A stretch of 62,706 nucleotides of DNA, filler included, from Rhabdomonas costata (lineage: Eukaryota), in assembly GCA_019059605.1 (NCBI GenBank). It is 21 parts of 21 records of this genome, joined end to end, with 100 filler letters (N's around TTAATTAATTAA, not from the genome) between each part and the next. Parts side by side here need not be neighbours in the genome. Positions count along the whole stretch, not along the records: positions 35,965 to 38,844 come from JAHMHO010001816.1; positions 38,945 to 41,827 come from JAHMHO010001817.1; positions 41,928 to 44,811 come from JAHMHO010001818.1; positions 44,912 to 47,794 come from JAHMHO010001819.1; positions 47,895 to 50,778 come from JAHMHO010001820.1; 16 more parts are not named here. The stretch is one strand, 5' to 3'. A program made the position numbers and the translations under genes. This document shows positions 36,578 through 50,066 of the stretch, piece by piece; position 1 is the stretch's first letter; each line of letters starts with the position of its first letter. The notes under the pieces are model-generated. The model saw nothing but the letters and a program-made list of their open reading frames with translations. It had not been told where the DNA came from and searched no databases.

Positions 36578-39161
36578 GTAATCCACCCAAGATCCCAAGT
36601 CACCTCTGGTCTCGTGGTGCAGACATCATGCAAGAATTCTTCGCAGGAATTCTCTGCTGGATTTCTTTGCAGACAACCTTATGATTATGACGTTGTTGTG
36701 GGGTGTGGCGTGCCTTTGGATGCTGATGATACACACGACGAACATACGACGCTTTGCCACTATGTTCTCAGGAAGAAAAAGCTGCAACCCATAAAAACCT
36801 TCGAACCTTTGCAAAACATTGCACAGATTAAAAAAAATCAGACCAAATTTTTCCAAGAGAGCTGGCCTGCACCTGTAACCAACGATTTCCTCAGATTCCC
36901 TTGTATTGTCGAGGATGTAAACCTTTATCTGAGAAAGGTGAACAACTTGTGGCACTCCCGAGCGAGATGAAAGATGGTGGTGCCCCTCGAGTTGTGGGCA
37001 AGTGTAAGTTGTTTCCGGTCCCGCCGATGGCGGAGGGTTCAGAGGTTATAAGAACAAGTTTTAGCTCGTCTATGGATATTACATTTTTATGTACTTAAAG
37101 AAAACACAGTTATTGCCGAGCTTTTGAAATTATCAACTTTAACCGGAAATGTTCATATCCATTGTCCAATTTTATTTGTGACTGTCATTTCCATTTCAAC
37201 TGGTTGATTGACCCTTCCAGGGAGAGTCGCTGCAGGCCATTGGCCAGCCCAAGCTTCCTGTCCGGACGGCTTCAGTTTGTGGCGATTGCGTCCCTCCGGT
37301 ATTTTTTTCTGCGCTTTTTTACTCACCTTATCCATTCTTCCTTCCAAGCTAACGATTTCCAGGAATCCCAAACGATTTGAATGTTTACAATTTTTCTGAA
37401 TGTTTAAAACACCGCAAAATTTGAGTCTTATGAATTTTTTTTTTTGCGAATTTTCAGGAACCGAATCTCGGGTAAGAACGATATTACCCAAAATTATGTG
37501 GGTCCTCTATTCCCCGTTTGCATGCTTTCTATCGTCGGTGGCCTCTGCCGAGAAATTAGTCCGCCGTGTTGGAGTTTGACTGCTGGGTGAACGAGGTCGG
37601 TAAATTGCGGTAGCGTTTGCACTACACCTGCAAAAATTTTCTGCCAATATGTTTGCTATGCTTCTCGAACACTGGAACCCCTTCTGTACGGTTACCCTCA
37701 TGTTCTTCGGTTCCGGTTTCGTAATTAAAAAAGAGTGGGGTGAAATGTTTCCTTTGCAAAGGTGTGCCATTTGGTTCTCATAATTGTGACACCAAGCTCC
37801 AGGCGCCCGGCACAAAGCGGTAAGAAACAAGGGTTTTACTAGCTTTCACCACAAAATACAGAGGAAAGGATCGGCTATGGCAAAACATCGACCACACTGT
37901 TTCTATTTCCAGCGTCCTTTGCAAGGAGTTTTACAGGAAAAAAATTGATGTTTCTGCATTCATTTCTGCAATCAACCACGTGGCCGGGTTTTGTCCGAAA
38001 GTCCACATCAGGACCTTTGGTGATGTTTGGAATTGAAGCATGTGAGTGTCTCCAGCTCAGCTCATGGGTGGCCTTGCGTGGGTGCCGTGGGGATGTGCAT
38101 CGGTGGCGTGCTCAAGGGTGGCAGACGGACCGAAATACACACCCGGAAAAAGCAAACGCCTGGCGTTAGATTTTGCACGTCGTATGGAGACGTCAACGCC
38201 AACGAGCCGATGCTGACGTCCTCTTCATAGCTTCCATTGCCTGTTCCTTGTCAGTTTAGCCCGCGTGGCAGACACATTTGGAGTGAGGACAGGCAACTGC
38301 AGAAGTGTTGATGTCGAGTGCGATTGTGTGTGTAGGTCGTTCAGTTCGGTTCAGCACAATACAAGGGAAAAATGGGAGCGAGAAGAGGGAGACCAGAGAG
38401 GGAGTGAGGAAGCAAAGAGGGCTTACAAGGCACGATAAGAAGCCCGGGCAAGTGGAGGATGGAGAGAAATGAGGTATATGTGTCATCAGGGAGTAAGGCA
38501 ACCAAGCCTGTCCACCAGGAAAGCAGGAACGTGGGTCCAGGCCCGGAGTGGAATTGAGGACACAAGAGTAGTCTGGCCCAAGGTAAAGCGTACACGGAAA
38601 GTTTGTGCCACAAAGAGATCTCTAAACGCGCCAGTTGGGTCAGATGGTTAAGTCAACCTCCTCGTGACAAGAGATAGGGACAAAGCATCGTGGACCGACA
38701 AGGGTCTGAGGCTTGATGGGGATGCCCCATGGAAAGGTGGAGCCCACTGCGGGAAAGTGGATCTCGAGTCCTCCCCAAAAAATTCACCCTGGCCAAGTGC
38801 ACCAAGTGTGTGTATGTTTTTATTTGTGCGAGTCCCCAACAAAANNNNNNNNNNNNNNNNNNNNNNNNNNNNNNNNNNNNNNNNNNNNTTAATTAATTAA
38901 NNNNNNNNNNNNNNNNNNNNNNNNNNNNNNNNNNNNNNNNNNNNGGGTTGGGTTATCTCTTTCTTCTGATGCTGCTTCCCTCGTCTGCACCATTCCAGTT
39001 GTGTGAGTTTCCTTATTGCATGACAGAGAAGAATTTGGGCATTGTTGGAAGTTCTCAAAGTCTTCTCTGTCATGCAATAAGGAAACTCACACAACTGGAA
39101 TGGTGCAGACGAGGGAAGCAGCATCAGAAGAAAGAGATAACAAAACAACAAACAGTAGCAC

Positions 39162-41651
39162 CTTTCCGAAGGACACGGTGCGCAGAGTGATGGCCTCGGA
39201 CCCAGTGGAGTACTTGGCGGACAGTCGCGCTGGAGACGCGGCGGGCTTGGGGCAGAAGATTGCCGGCTGGCCCCGAAGAAGGGCTTCCCCACCGCTGAGC
39301 GGCAGCAGCAGCCCATGCTGCGCTGAAACCGTACCCAAATGCACTCACAAACCACCCACAACACTTCCGAGCACATGGGCTCATTCGGTATTTTCAGGAA
39401 GGAGTTCGAAGTCATCCAAGACCTATAATGGGGAAGAAGCGGGGATATGCTCCACTGTTCTCCATAGGTACAGGTGCAAAACCACGTAAGAAGGCTCGTA
39501 GCGAGACCATTGCACTGAAGATCGTGCCAGTGCACAATCTATGAATGAGAAGAGACCGCCGCGATTGGGTTTTGAGGTCATTCTTTCTAATAATGAATGA
39601 CACAGATTCATGAACATATGCGCTGACCATCGGCCATTGACTATCGGTGCAGTTAGTGCAACGACAGCTTCTTCTTCCATCTTCACTCTGTGATTACAAT
39701 ATAGGAAAAGAGGCAAGGGCGGCAAGGCACACAAACAAAAGCGAACCAGCTTGCATCACGCACACTGCAGCGGTGTAAGGGTCCTCGGAAGTCGCAGGCG
39801 GAGCCATCGGCTCGGAACGGGCCTTGGATGCACTGTTTCGTTTGCGCGAATGCATTTACACATACATAGCAGCTGACACAAGAGAGAACCCATCGACGCT
39901 TCCAGAATATTGGGGCTGAGCACGTCCCCATTTCGCGACAGCAAGCGTACAGATCATTGTTCCCGTGGAATGAAAGTTCGGAGGGGGGGGGCAACCGTTA
40001 CCGGGTGTTAACAATTGTTTTTTGTTAGCATATTCTCAAGAAGTGGTTATCAGCCTCCCAAGACACCGCCCCGCCCGAGCCACCTGTTCCGGCCGCGGCG
40101 CCGCTGGAATTCGCTCTTACACCCTAACTGATGCTGCCCTGCTCGTTCGGCCATATCCCAGCCACTGTCGAGTCCTTAGCCAGCAGTAGTTTTCAGCTGC
40201 TAAGCAAACAGAATCACCTAGGTTGCACTGGCAAAGCTTACCCAACCCCCTTACACAATAAAGTCATTTTGAGGCTGGTGGCATACTTTAACACGACGGT
40301 TTAAATAATTTTGCATAGAAAATTTCTAAGCCAGTTTTCTGACACCACACACCAACCTCATCGTGTACCGTCTTGCGAACTCGAAATCGCGAACTCGAGC
40401 GGTGGTGGTGCAGGGCAGAATACCTTCCCGGGCGGCCGGGGATGGGTCCCTTCGCAGACTCTGGCCTGCGTCTGGCAGGGCCGGACTGCGGCCTTGCAGG
40501 AGAGGGCATTTGGGAAGATGTCGTCGCTGTCGCAGCGCAAGCAGCGCTGTACTCAGGGCCCAGCGGAGAGGGCTTGGGCGGTGCAGAGTGGGGGTGGATA
40601 GTCTTCTGCGAGCCCACACAGCCGCACGACACACATGCACCACCAAAGCATGACGACAAAAGAGAAATCAGGATCAGTGGATGTAGGCTGTTGGAATGGG
40701 AGGGCCCTCCAGAGCGATTATGCCACGTTGTTCGGAAAATCCATCAAACACCATGTATGACCAGAGAAACAAATTAGAACAGGGCAGGCCAATGGCTCGA
40801 GCTCAAAGGCACGCGATGGCTAAGCCATGTTTGCGATGTTTGAGGGCACAAAAGTGCTAACCAAAGATTGCGACTCCCAGCTTTTCCCTCTTTGACATTA
40901 CTTTGGCGAAGTGCATAGAAGCCCACTCCTGAAACCCCCACTACTTCATGGGAATGCAAGGAAAAAACACCACATTTCTTTCTATCGCTCTTATTCTTCA
41001 AACAAAGGTCATAACAGCCCCCCCCACACACACTCACACTGCGTCCCGCAGACCTTCGCTGCTTGCCCAGCAGCCGGTGCTGCCCCCGAGGAGTTCTCTT
41101 CCATCCACCTGGCGCACGCACTTTCCTGCGCCACCCATGCACACCCACAGCACACTCAGGCACAAATCTCACACACAACGACTCCATGAAAATACAAAAC
41201 TGGTACAAAATAGCAAAAAAGATGGCGGGAGCGGAGGTTGCCTTCCGACAAATGGCATATATATGCATGGACAAGGGAAACTGCGCAGAACAGGGGGAAG
41301 GCCTCGTGGGGGAAAAGGGGGACCTTTTGCCACCTTCAGAAACTTGAAACTTGCCACCTTGAAACCGCTATTGAGGCGAATTCTCTAAAGCAACAAACGA
41401 TTGATGTGTCCCTCATTTCTTGTCGAGCTACAGGAACAACAGATGTAAAAACAAAACTCAACTGCAATCTGCATTCAGCCTGTACACAAAAATGTGACGC
41501 CTTTCGCTGAAGGGGGGGGATAGCACTCGCACCTGCTTGCGCCACTGCGAGCTGAAAGAGCACCCCTCCGTGATTCGGGCGAGGCTCTGGGGCAGCCTGC
41601 GAAGGTCGGGCCTGGGACTGGGGCGAAGATCCTCCCCGAGCGGCGGCCGGT
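39162..41651 (-). CDS. Multi-exon low-complexity hypothetical protein fragment
   Basis: Several GC-rich segments with AG/GT borders (e.g. PSPARPQSGPARRRPESAK, LSAKYSTGSEAITLRTVSFGK). Complete exon chain not resolved. Confidence 0.35.
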
Positions 41652-42114
41652 GCTAAGAAAAGCCACACCCCGCACCACATTTTGTCTCCTTTCGCCTTTC
41701 TGTTTGCGCAGAGTGAGGCAAGTCCATGCACCTACGCAGGAGTGCCCGAACCCTGGACTGACACACGCTTTCGAAGGCTCAACTCCATCACATAAACAAT
41801 TCCACCTTCGAAACCCAAAAAACGATCNNNNNNNNNNNNNNNNNNNNNNNNNNNNNNNNNNNNNNNNNNNNTTAATTAATTAANNNNNNNNNNNNNNNNN
41901 NNNNNNNNNNNNNNNNNNNNNNNNNNNGGGTGTGTCCAACAGGGGATCCGAACAGACTCATAAGATTGAACAGCCCATCATCAGTAGGGGGGGAGAGGCT
42001 TAATTTCGTTCTTATGAGTCTGTTCGGATCCCCTGTTGGACACATCATTATCATCTTCATTTATCGCGCAACGCTGAAGAGGCTCGGCATAGTGATGATC
42101 GGACACGAACAAAC

Positions 42115-44729
42115 CAGGTGAACGGCCCCTTGAACAGCCGCAGCGGCCTGCCGGAACTGCGCGAGAGCCTTCTGCTCCTTCCTGGTCTCGTCCGCCAGAC
42201 CCAGGTGGCTGAATGGAAACGTTCCCACAACCCAAACAGAATTCAGGGGCGGGGGGGGGGGGGGGATGCAAGCGCCTGAATTCGCAATCGGCACGGTGCT
42301 TTTGCTGGTTTCTCACAATACCGACCGCTGATTCATTGCACCACATAGTACAGCGACTAGCTTAATGTAAACTCAGGACCCAAGCGCCACCCAAGCCCCG
42401 AGGGCAGGGGAATGGGGAGGGGCGAGAAGGGTTAGACGGAACCGCACCCGTTGATCCAGTTGAAAAGCTGAACCAGCGCCTCGTCCGAGTTTGGTCGGGT
42501 ATCGAAACTCTCCCTGAAAGGGGTGAGGCAGGCGCGAAAAAACCACAGGCGAGCAGACAGCTGCAATCTTTCGTCCCCCGATTTGAAAAACTTCAGGCAT
42601 CAACGTGCATACGTGTTAACCAAAAGCTTCTCTCAGCACCACACTCAGGGCCCCACGAAAAGTTGAGAGAAGGGATGGAAGGCAACGGACACCACACATA
42701 GGCAATGGAATCTTAAAGGAAGAGAAGTGAGCGCAATACAATCTGGAAAATCTAGTCTCTTCTCGTCAGGCAGAAAGGTCATCTAAGTTGGCAACCCCTT
42801 CTACGCTTCCTGCCTTGCATCCTTCCTTTACCTCAGGTAGTCAGTAAGGTTCTCAAGGGAGATCAGGTGGCGGTCCCACAGCCTCCGGAAGATCTGCTTG
42901 AAGGTCCAGCGTTGGTCCACCACTCCGAGGAAATGCCCGTACTGTTCATAGTGCAGGTGCTGGCTGTGCCGGGTCATCTGCTTCAGCAGGAGCTGCAGCT
43001 GCGCCCAGTCTTTCACCGTGCCTGCGGTGACAAAGCGTGCCGCCTGTCCAACATTCAAAGACCGCCAAACACACCCATGCACTTTATAGAAGTTCGTTGT
43101 CCAAAGGGAGGGCAATGCTAAACCACATGCTTCATATCCTTCATCAAAAAGCAGCTCAGCTGTTCCTCCTCCCAAGAGCATATAACAAACACGTGACAAG
43201 CTCGCTGCATTCCCCATCTGAAGATGTGCCGCAAAAGTGATACAAAGAGGACCGATTGAACATTACATATCATATCGCGGATGTTGGGAAGCTCCGCGAC
43301 CCAACACATCTTGGAATCATCCGCTTCCATCCCAGGGAATCCCAGGGAATCCCAGGGAGCACGCGCATCGCCACCTGACCCCCTGCGAAATCATGTAGGA
43401 GGATGACTCACCGCTTCTTACAAACAGGCAAACCCGGGTACCACGGGTACGGGGAACCCCCGTCCCCCACACTATTTGCAAGAGCCCAACCTAGCACCAC
43501 GAAAGCTCCATTTGCCCGAAATCCCAGCAACTTTTTTCCCCAAAAGATGGACCCAAACCGAACATGCCCCCGCGCACCGATGTTCTCCTGAATTCCCGCG
43601 AAGAAGCTGAAGCAGATGCTCTCCAGAACAAAGAGGGTGTGTGTTATCAGCAGGAAGGAGATGTACATGCAGATGAATAACAGCACGGTGCCGAAGTAGC
43701 AGAACAGCCCGTCGATGTCGCAGGTCAGGCTGTCAATGGCGTCTGAAGAGCACCGGCAGAGCGTTAGGGTGGTCATCCCGATGGCCTGGGTGGACATCAT
43801 GTTCATCAGCAGCACCTGAAAGGTAAAAGGATAGGGAGCGGTGCATCTGCCATGACGAATGGTGGGGTGTCGCGCGCCAACTGCAGTGGCCATCAAAAGA
43901 TCATCTCTATATCCATTGTCGAGTAAACGACGTACGATGGCAAACAAGTAAAAAAAATGGTGAGTTTTCCCGCGTGACCTCAGGGGGAAGCGGAAGGAGA
44001 GAAGCAATGAGAGCGCGTGGACCGCATGGTTTTCAGGAACACCCAGTGTGACTATGTGCGGAAATGGCTGGCTGCATATTAGGAGGTCCAGATGAACGTA
44101 CCGAGGTGACCGCCATCACGCCAAAGAAAATGTAGCGGCGGTGGTTGTGGTTTAGCAGAATGTTCTCCATGGTGTCCACCGTGAAGCTTTCCTCTGCGCT
44201 GTCCATCTGGTTGCGGCGGACCCGCTCCAGGTCAACCGCGACATTCCTGGGGGAGGAAACCCATCACACCTCGAGAGCAACAGAAGTGATGGCGGAAAAA
44301 AATTCTTGGCGAAGCCCGGGGTGTGTGCAGGACAGAATCACGTGATGCGTCCTGTTGACAAAGGGCTCGAAATTCGAGCCTTTGTCCTTCTGCAAGAGAA
44401 TCACAATAGCGCAAATGACGATATGCGCCAAACAAACCACTCCACTACACCCACTGAACACAAAAATCCACCAAAACAAGCAACGAAGTTGAGAACAGTA
44501 GTGGGGCTGACCGAATCAGGGTGCACCCGAAGTAGAAAATGAGGCTGAGGTAGCAAAGGTACACGTTGGTGCGCCCGGGCTGCACCCCCAGCATGTACAG
44601 GCTGGCAAGGCTGCCCAGCACCTCGATCCATCCCAGCAGGGACAGGGTGTAATTGAAGTTGTTCATCCACAGGTCCAGTCCCAGCACCAGCACAGGCATG
44701 CAGCCCTCCGTCACCGCTACAAACCACAC
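42115..44729 (-). CDS. 1,3-beta-glucan synthase (GT48, FKS/GSL/paramylon-synthase-like), segment before the catalytic loop. Exons 44729-44512, 44246-44102, 43815-43578, 43021-42832, 42208-42115
   Basis: Phase-consistent GT-AG introns and TM helices. LLITHTLFVLESICFSFFAGIQENIG|TVKDWAQLQ and FKQIFRRLWDRHLISLENL parallel the FKS1/callose-synthase segments DT.IWY....GEIR and WN.II..MYREHLL. Confidence 0.6.
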
Positions 44730-44929
44730 CTGACCCCGCCCCAGCGGCCAAAAGAACGCAGGCTCTCCCGCAAGGACCTTAGCCGACGTCTCCGCGGTGA
44801 CTCCAACAACANNNNNNNNNNNNNNNNNNNNNNNNNNNNNNNNNNNNNNNNNNNNTTAATTAATTAANNNNNNNNNNNNNNNNNNNNNNNNNNNNNNNNN
44901 NNNNNNNNNNNGGGGGTGAGCACAGATAC

Positions 44930-47498
44930 CTTGGTGGCGTAGGCCTCGGCAAGAGCGTCGTAGGTCTTGGCGAGAACCTGCGGGGGCACAGCGGACGGCG
45001 GCACCTGGGTCTGCAGGATGTCCAGGCTGTGGGTAAGGGCGGCCACTGCGTCGTCAAACCGGGCCTGGCTGATCAGGACTTTGCCTACACAGTGCGGTTG
45101 TTCTTCGGGCACTCAAGAAAGGCGAGAGATTGAAAGGGAAGGTCTCCGGCGAAGACAGTGCACTGAGGGGCAACTCCTTTCGCAGCAACCAACACCCCTT
45201 TTCAGTGACGTCTGTTTAACAGCGCAAATTTCTGCAGTCATGTTATTCGAAAGCAAAAGAAGGACGCGTGGGTATGTGCGTTTGGTGTGGCGGGGCACAG
45301 ACACTTTTGCGATACAAGTCAGAAGCCTGCACAAGCATCTCTTGGGTAGCCTCAGAGATGGGCCGCGCGACGTCGGGCACCGCGCAGGCCGGGCAGCCAC
45401 AGTGGAAGTGATACTGCTCCTGCAGCAGCCGCCGGCGTACCGCACTGCTGTGATGCCTTTGATACGACCCCGCTCCCACCAAAACCTGTCCCTTGACGCA
45501 TAACCCAAGCACATGCCATTTAATCCGATATGCCTTCTTGGGACAAGACCCAGCATGGCTGGCGATGGCACACGTGTTTGCATAAGGAATGAATTCGCTT
45601 GGAGCCTTTAGGCAGACTTTATCTCTCACGCCTCCATGGCCGCTGCTTTGGAAACAATGGAGCACCCCACTACTTGCCACTCCTACTTACTTACCTGTCC
45701 TTATCACTTCCATCTCCTTTCATCTATGTTGGTGGAGCCCTCTTGCTCTCCTGTCATCTAATTTCTGCTTGTATCTTTCTTGCCGACATTTTCCATTCTG
45801 CGGTAATACTGCTGTGGCAGAATGAAGCACCCCAGTTTCTTTTTCATGGAGGTCCGCACACATGCACGAATAAGGGGTTCTTGTACAGCTCTTTCCCTCC
45901 ATTCCGACCCACCATTCAGCAGGGGATGCCATTTCCGGGAAGAGCACACAGGCTACAGCCTGGATGCCCCAAAAGGCATCCATGCAAAAACGTCCACCAG
46001 TGCTACCACAGAGCTTTCTGAGAACGAAACCAACTCAAGAGCAGAATATGTGTGTGTGCACGAACCTGTTCTTGTGGGGTCCGTAGGAGATGGTCAGTTC
46101 TGCGCCGGAGCTCACGGCGGCGGTAGTGCGCAGGAGCAGCCGCTGGGAGGCCTCGTAGGGCCCGCCGACCCAGTGCAGGTGGCAGTTCGGCTCACAAGAG
46201 TGGTTCAGCAGGCTGGCCAGCCCGTACACTGCCTGCAAGGATTGGGGGAGGAGGGTCAACGAGGGTGTGGCACAGGATTCCGCTCATAAGCGAAGAGAGT
46301 TCTCTATGCGACCACGAGTCGAAGCCCGCGTATGACAAGGAAATTCGCTCTCACCCTGCGAAGCATGCGGCCCAGACGCATCACAAGTGGACAGGCGTGT
46401 TGTGATGGACACAGTGATCCCGTGCAGAGCGATGAAGATGGCCAGCGGTGGGTTGGGGGGAGAGACGGAGGACGGCGGCTTGCAGCAGGAAAAAAGAGGT
46501 CCCTCAAACTGTGCTGTACCTCCCCCTCCTCCTTCCCGCCGTTATTTCCTTTTGGGAGTTTGGAAACCCCGTCTTGCATCCTGATTTCGCAGCACCAGAG
46601 CTTATCTGTAAGCAGGGCAAAAGCCAGCCATGCACGCATGCATAAGGAGAAATCACCAAGACCACGGCTTGCAGCATCTCCCAGGAAAACCGTGATGCAG
46701 TTAACAGACAGATAACAGCGTCCGTGTATAGTGTCTAAAAGCGAAACCTCTTTTATATAGCACTCTGGGGTGTGGTAAGACGCCCCATAGATGAGCCTCT
46801 CCTATCCCTGGATTTCCGGCTGGACCGCAGGCTAGAGCGACCGACCACCTCGCCCTCAAACCTCCTGCTCCTCAAGACTGAGGAGTGCCCAAAATACCAC
46901 GGACTTCCTCCGCCACAAGTCAAAGACCATAGGCACGCACAGCCGTTCGCGCACCCCCCCGCCTCCCCTGCACACAACCGGGCATGATTTTGCAGACCTT
47001 TGCGATCCTCTCTTGCCGCACCGCGGCCGTTCCATGCTGCTCGCGGGTGACCAACTTGGTCACTGCGACGCCGTTGGTGAGGATCTGCCGCATCGCCACC
47101 ACTAGAGCTCGGCACCACTCCGCCAGAAGACCCTCCGTCACCACCACCCCGGCCTGGTCCTGACCCCCCCCCTTCACACTTGCACATACCACTACCAAAA
47201 TTGCCACAACGCTCGACATCACATAAAAAAGCTCACAGCCTGCCGTTTCGTCAGGAATGCCCGATTCTCAGCTGCCCTAGTTGCAATTTTGAAAACGCAA
47301 TACAAAGGTTGTGCAAATAAACTCACTGGCTTGGGGCCTTCGGTCAGTCTGTGAGGAAATGAACAATCGCAAAAAAGCGAGGACGGCCTAGGGCCGAAGG
47401 AACCGTCAACCTCGGTGCCGCCGTCATGCTCTCCCAAAGCAAGCATCTGCACCACCCCGCAGTGCAGCGCCAGCACCACACAGGCCGTCTCGCAGCCA
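44930..47498 (-). CDS. SMYD-type SET-domain methyltransferase with C-terminal TPR. Exons 47498-47411, 47159-46998, 46232-46066, 45456-45305, 45084-44930
   Basis: ASLLNHSCEPN, GAELTISYG, post-SET RRRLLQEQYHFHCGCPAC, TPR-like LAKTYDALAEAY. All junctions GT-AG and in phase. Confidence 0.9.
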
Positions 47499-49844
47499 CT
47501 GCGAAGGGGGCATGTTGGGGTCAGGCGAGGGGGATAAAAGGGAGGCAAAAGGACATTATTCCTGTAATCCGCAGCAACATTCAAACAAAACGCAAACCCT
47601 CTCCCCCTCCACATTCACCTCCGACGTCTACCCATAGCAAAGCAGTCTGATCAAACGTTCAATGTCCAGCGTCAACGTTCTCGCAAGTTGGAATTAGGTC
47701 ATCAGAGTCGGTCAAAACCCAAAGTGTGTGTGCGTGCGACTGTGAGAGGGCGTGAACAAAACCTTATCTCCCAGAAAAAACACCCAACACACCCNNNNNN
47801 NNNNNNNNNNNNNNNNNNNNNNNNNNNNNNNNNNNNNNTTAATTAATTAANNNNNNNNNNNNNNNNNNNNNNNNNNNNNNNNNNNNNNNNNNNNTTTGCT
47901 GACACTTTTGAAATGCACTTCAAAAGTGTCAGCAAACCTGCCGAAACTAGCCTTATTTCAATCAGTTTTCTTCTACCACTAGTAACTATTACCAATGTCG
48001 ATTGAAACTATATAGTTGCCTTGAAAATGCAGTCCACCACAGCCACCCAGCAGTGACCCCGCAGGAAATGACGGTACCCTCCAATCCAGGTCCAGGAGAG
48101 TGGTGATGGCAGTCGAACCCAGCACTTACTTTGTGTCCATCTTCTGCAAAGACTGCGGCGCATCACCTTGCAAGTGAATGCAAATCCTATGATCAGAATA
48201 GATCAGGTCAGGTCAATGGATCCCTCCATATCAGGTGAGGGCCAAGTCCGGGGACAACGGCAGGCCGTGCATAGCGGACAAAATCCACAGTTGCAATTTA
48301 ACGTAACAAGATTCGCAAAAAAGTTCACGGCAACAAAATGATAACGATGAACATCACATTAGAAATAGAGAAAACCAGGCATTAGAATAACGATTAGCCT
48401 AGGCATTTCAACCAATATACATATGATTCATGACTTTCGGCTCTCACTCACTTTCGCAACCACAAATCAGCGCGAAACACACACAAGCACACAGCCGTTG
48501 GTACAGGAAAAGTACGAGTTGCAGGGGAGGGGGAGTAGTGCTCACCGCGCATCGCGCGCTGCTCGCAGAAAAGGTCCAACGAAGACGTCGGCAGACCAAA
48601 GAAGACCTTCGAGATGCATGCCCACACCGATCCGGATACGAGAGCTCAAAAGATGATCAGTCGAACCAGACGGGAAGTTGGGGTGAGGGGGTGGGTGCGA
48701 AAGAAGTCCCCGCAGTGCCGCGAAGTGCTGCGTGAGCAAAAAAAAACACAATGAGTGGAAGCCACACCGCAACAACTTTCCATACACGCTACGTGACTTT
48801 CTCGGGCTGAGTCAAACTTGTGCTCCCAAGCCAACAATAGAGGGGAAATAATGCTAAAGGAGAGCAAAACAAAAAAGGGATCTCTGGGCTCCGCAGTGCG
48901 CTTGGGCACCGTCGGGAATGAGCAACCCAGAGTGTCCGTCGGACCCCAAAACCAAGTAACATCCACACTCAACGACCACATACACACACGTTCAGCAGGA
49001 GCCAGTGATAGGAAACTTTGGACTTGCACCCAACACGCTGAATTACGCATGCACACGCATACACACACACATTTGCAAATCCACACAATGTGTACGTGTG
49101 AATTTTCGGGGAGAACGATGAGGGACTGGCAAGTACAAGGAACAGACATCTAATAACGAGCACCATTGCTGTGGTGATGGTGCAAACTCACATCCAAATG
49201 TCAATTTTCCTCGTGTGTAATCGCAAAGCACAATTTGACCTTTCTCGACATGTGGTTCAATCCCCATGCAGAAAAAACGTTCCCGCTGACTTTGAAGTCT
49301 TCAAAAAAGTGATGTGCACAAAAATTCACAATTGATTTTCCGCCACAGCACATTTTCACGAAGTATCCCTTCACTCTCAAAAGTGGGCCACGACGAGCAC
49401 GCCAAGACTGGTGAGGAGAAGTGAAAAAGCCAAAATCCAAAAGGAGGTGCGAATGAAGCACAGCAAGGAAAACAAAAGAGTGAATGAAAAAGAGTTTGTA
49501 ATGGCTACACAACTTTTTGGAATAAAACAAAGGTAACCTAACGCATAAAGCAAACACAACCTGCAAACTTTCACTCCGGCATTTCCCTCACGAGAGGGAA
49601 TACCAAGGGGCCTTTTTTATTCCCACTTCATCCTGCACAAAGCCACCCACCTACCCCTCTCAAAAAACTGGTACAGGCTTCCCTCGAACACTTCAACTGA
49701 ACATAACCTTTCCCACACCCCCGACATTCTCGGAGACATGTAGATACATTAGTAGTCAATCCGAAATGAAGCATACAACCTCAATGCCATGATGCGCACA
49801 AAATGGTTTATCCCGCTCAAGTATCCGATTTCAAGAGCATTGGA

Positions 49845-50066
49845 TCAGACTTGCCCCAGGATCTGGATCTTATCGTGGTCCTGAATGACTTTCTGCAACC
49901 GAGCCGCGTCGTTATCCCCCGGATTCCGCTGCAGGTACTTCTCAAGCTCTCGAGAGGCACCCGCGACGTCTCCAGTCCGATACGCCGTGAAGGCCGCGAT
50001 GTACTCCACGTAGGGGTTGCTTTTGCCGCTGTGCTGCAGCTCGTACATCCACTCCTGCTGCGTACC
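49845..50066 (-). CDS. Terminal exon with a TPR-like helix pair
   Basis: ttgcag|GGT..., YIAAFTAYRTGDVAGASRELEKYLQRNPGDNDAARL, TGA stop. Confidence 0.6.
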   Translation of the reverse strand, partial: GTQQEWMYELQHSGKSNPYVEYIAAFTAYRTGDVAGASRELEKYLQRNPGDNDAARLQKVIQDHDKIQILGQV

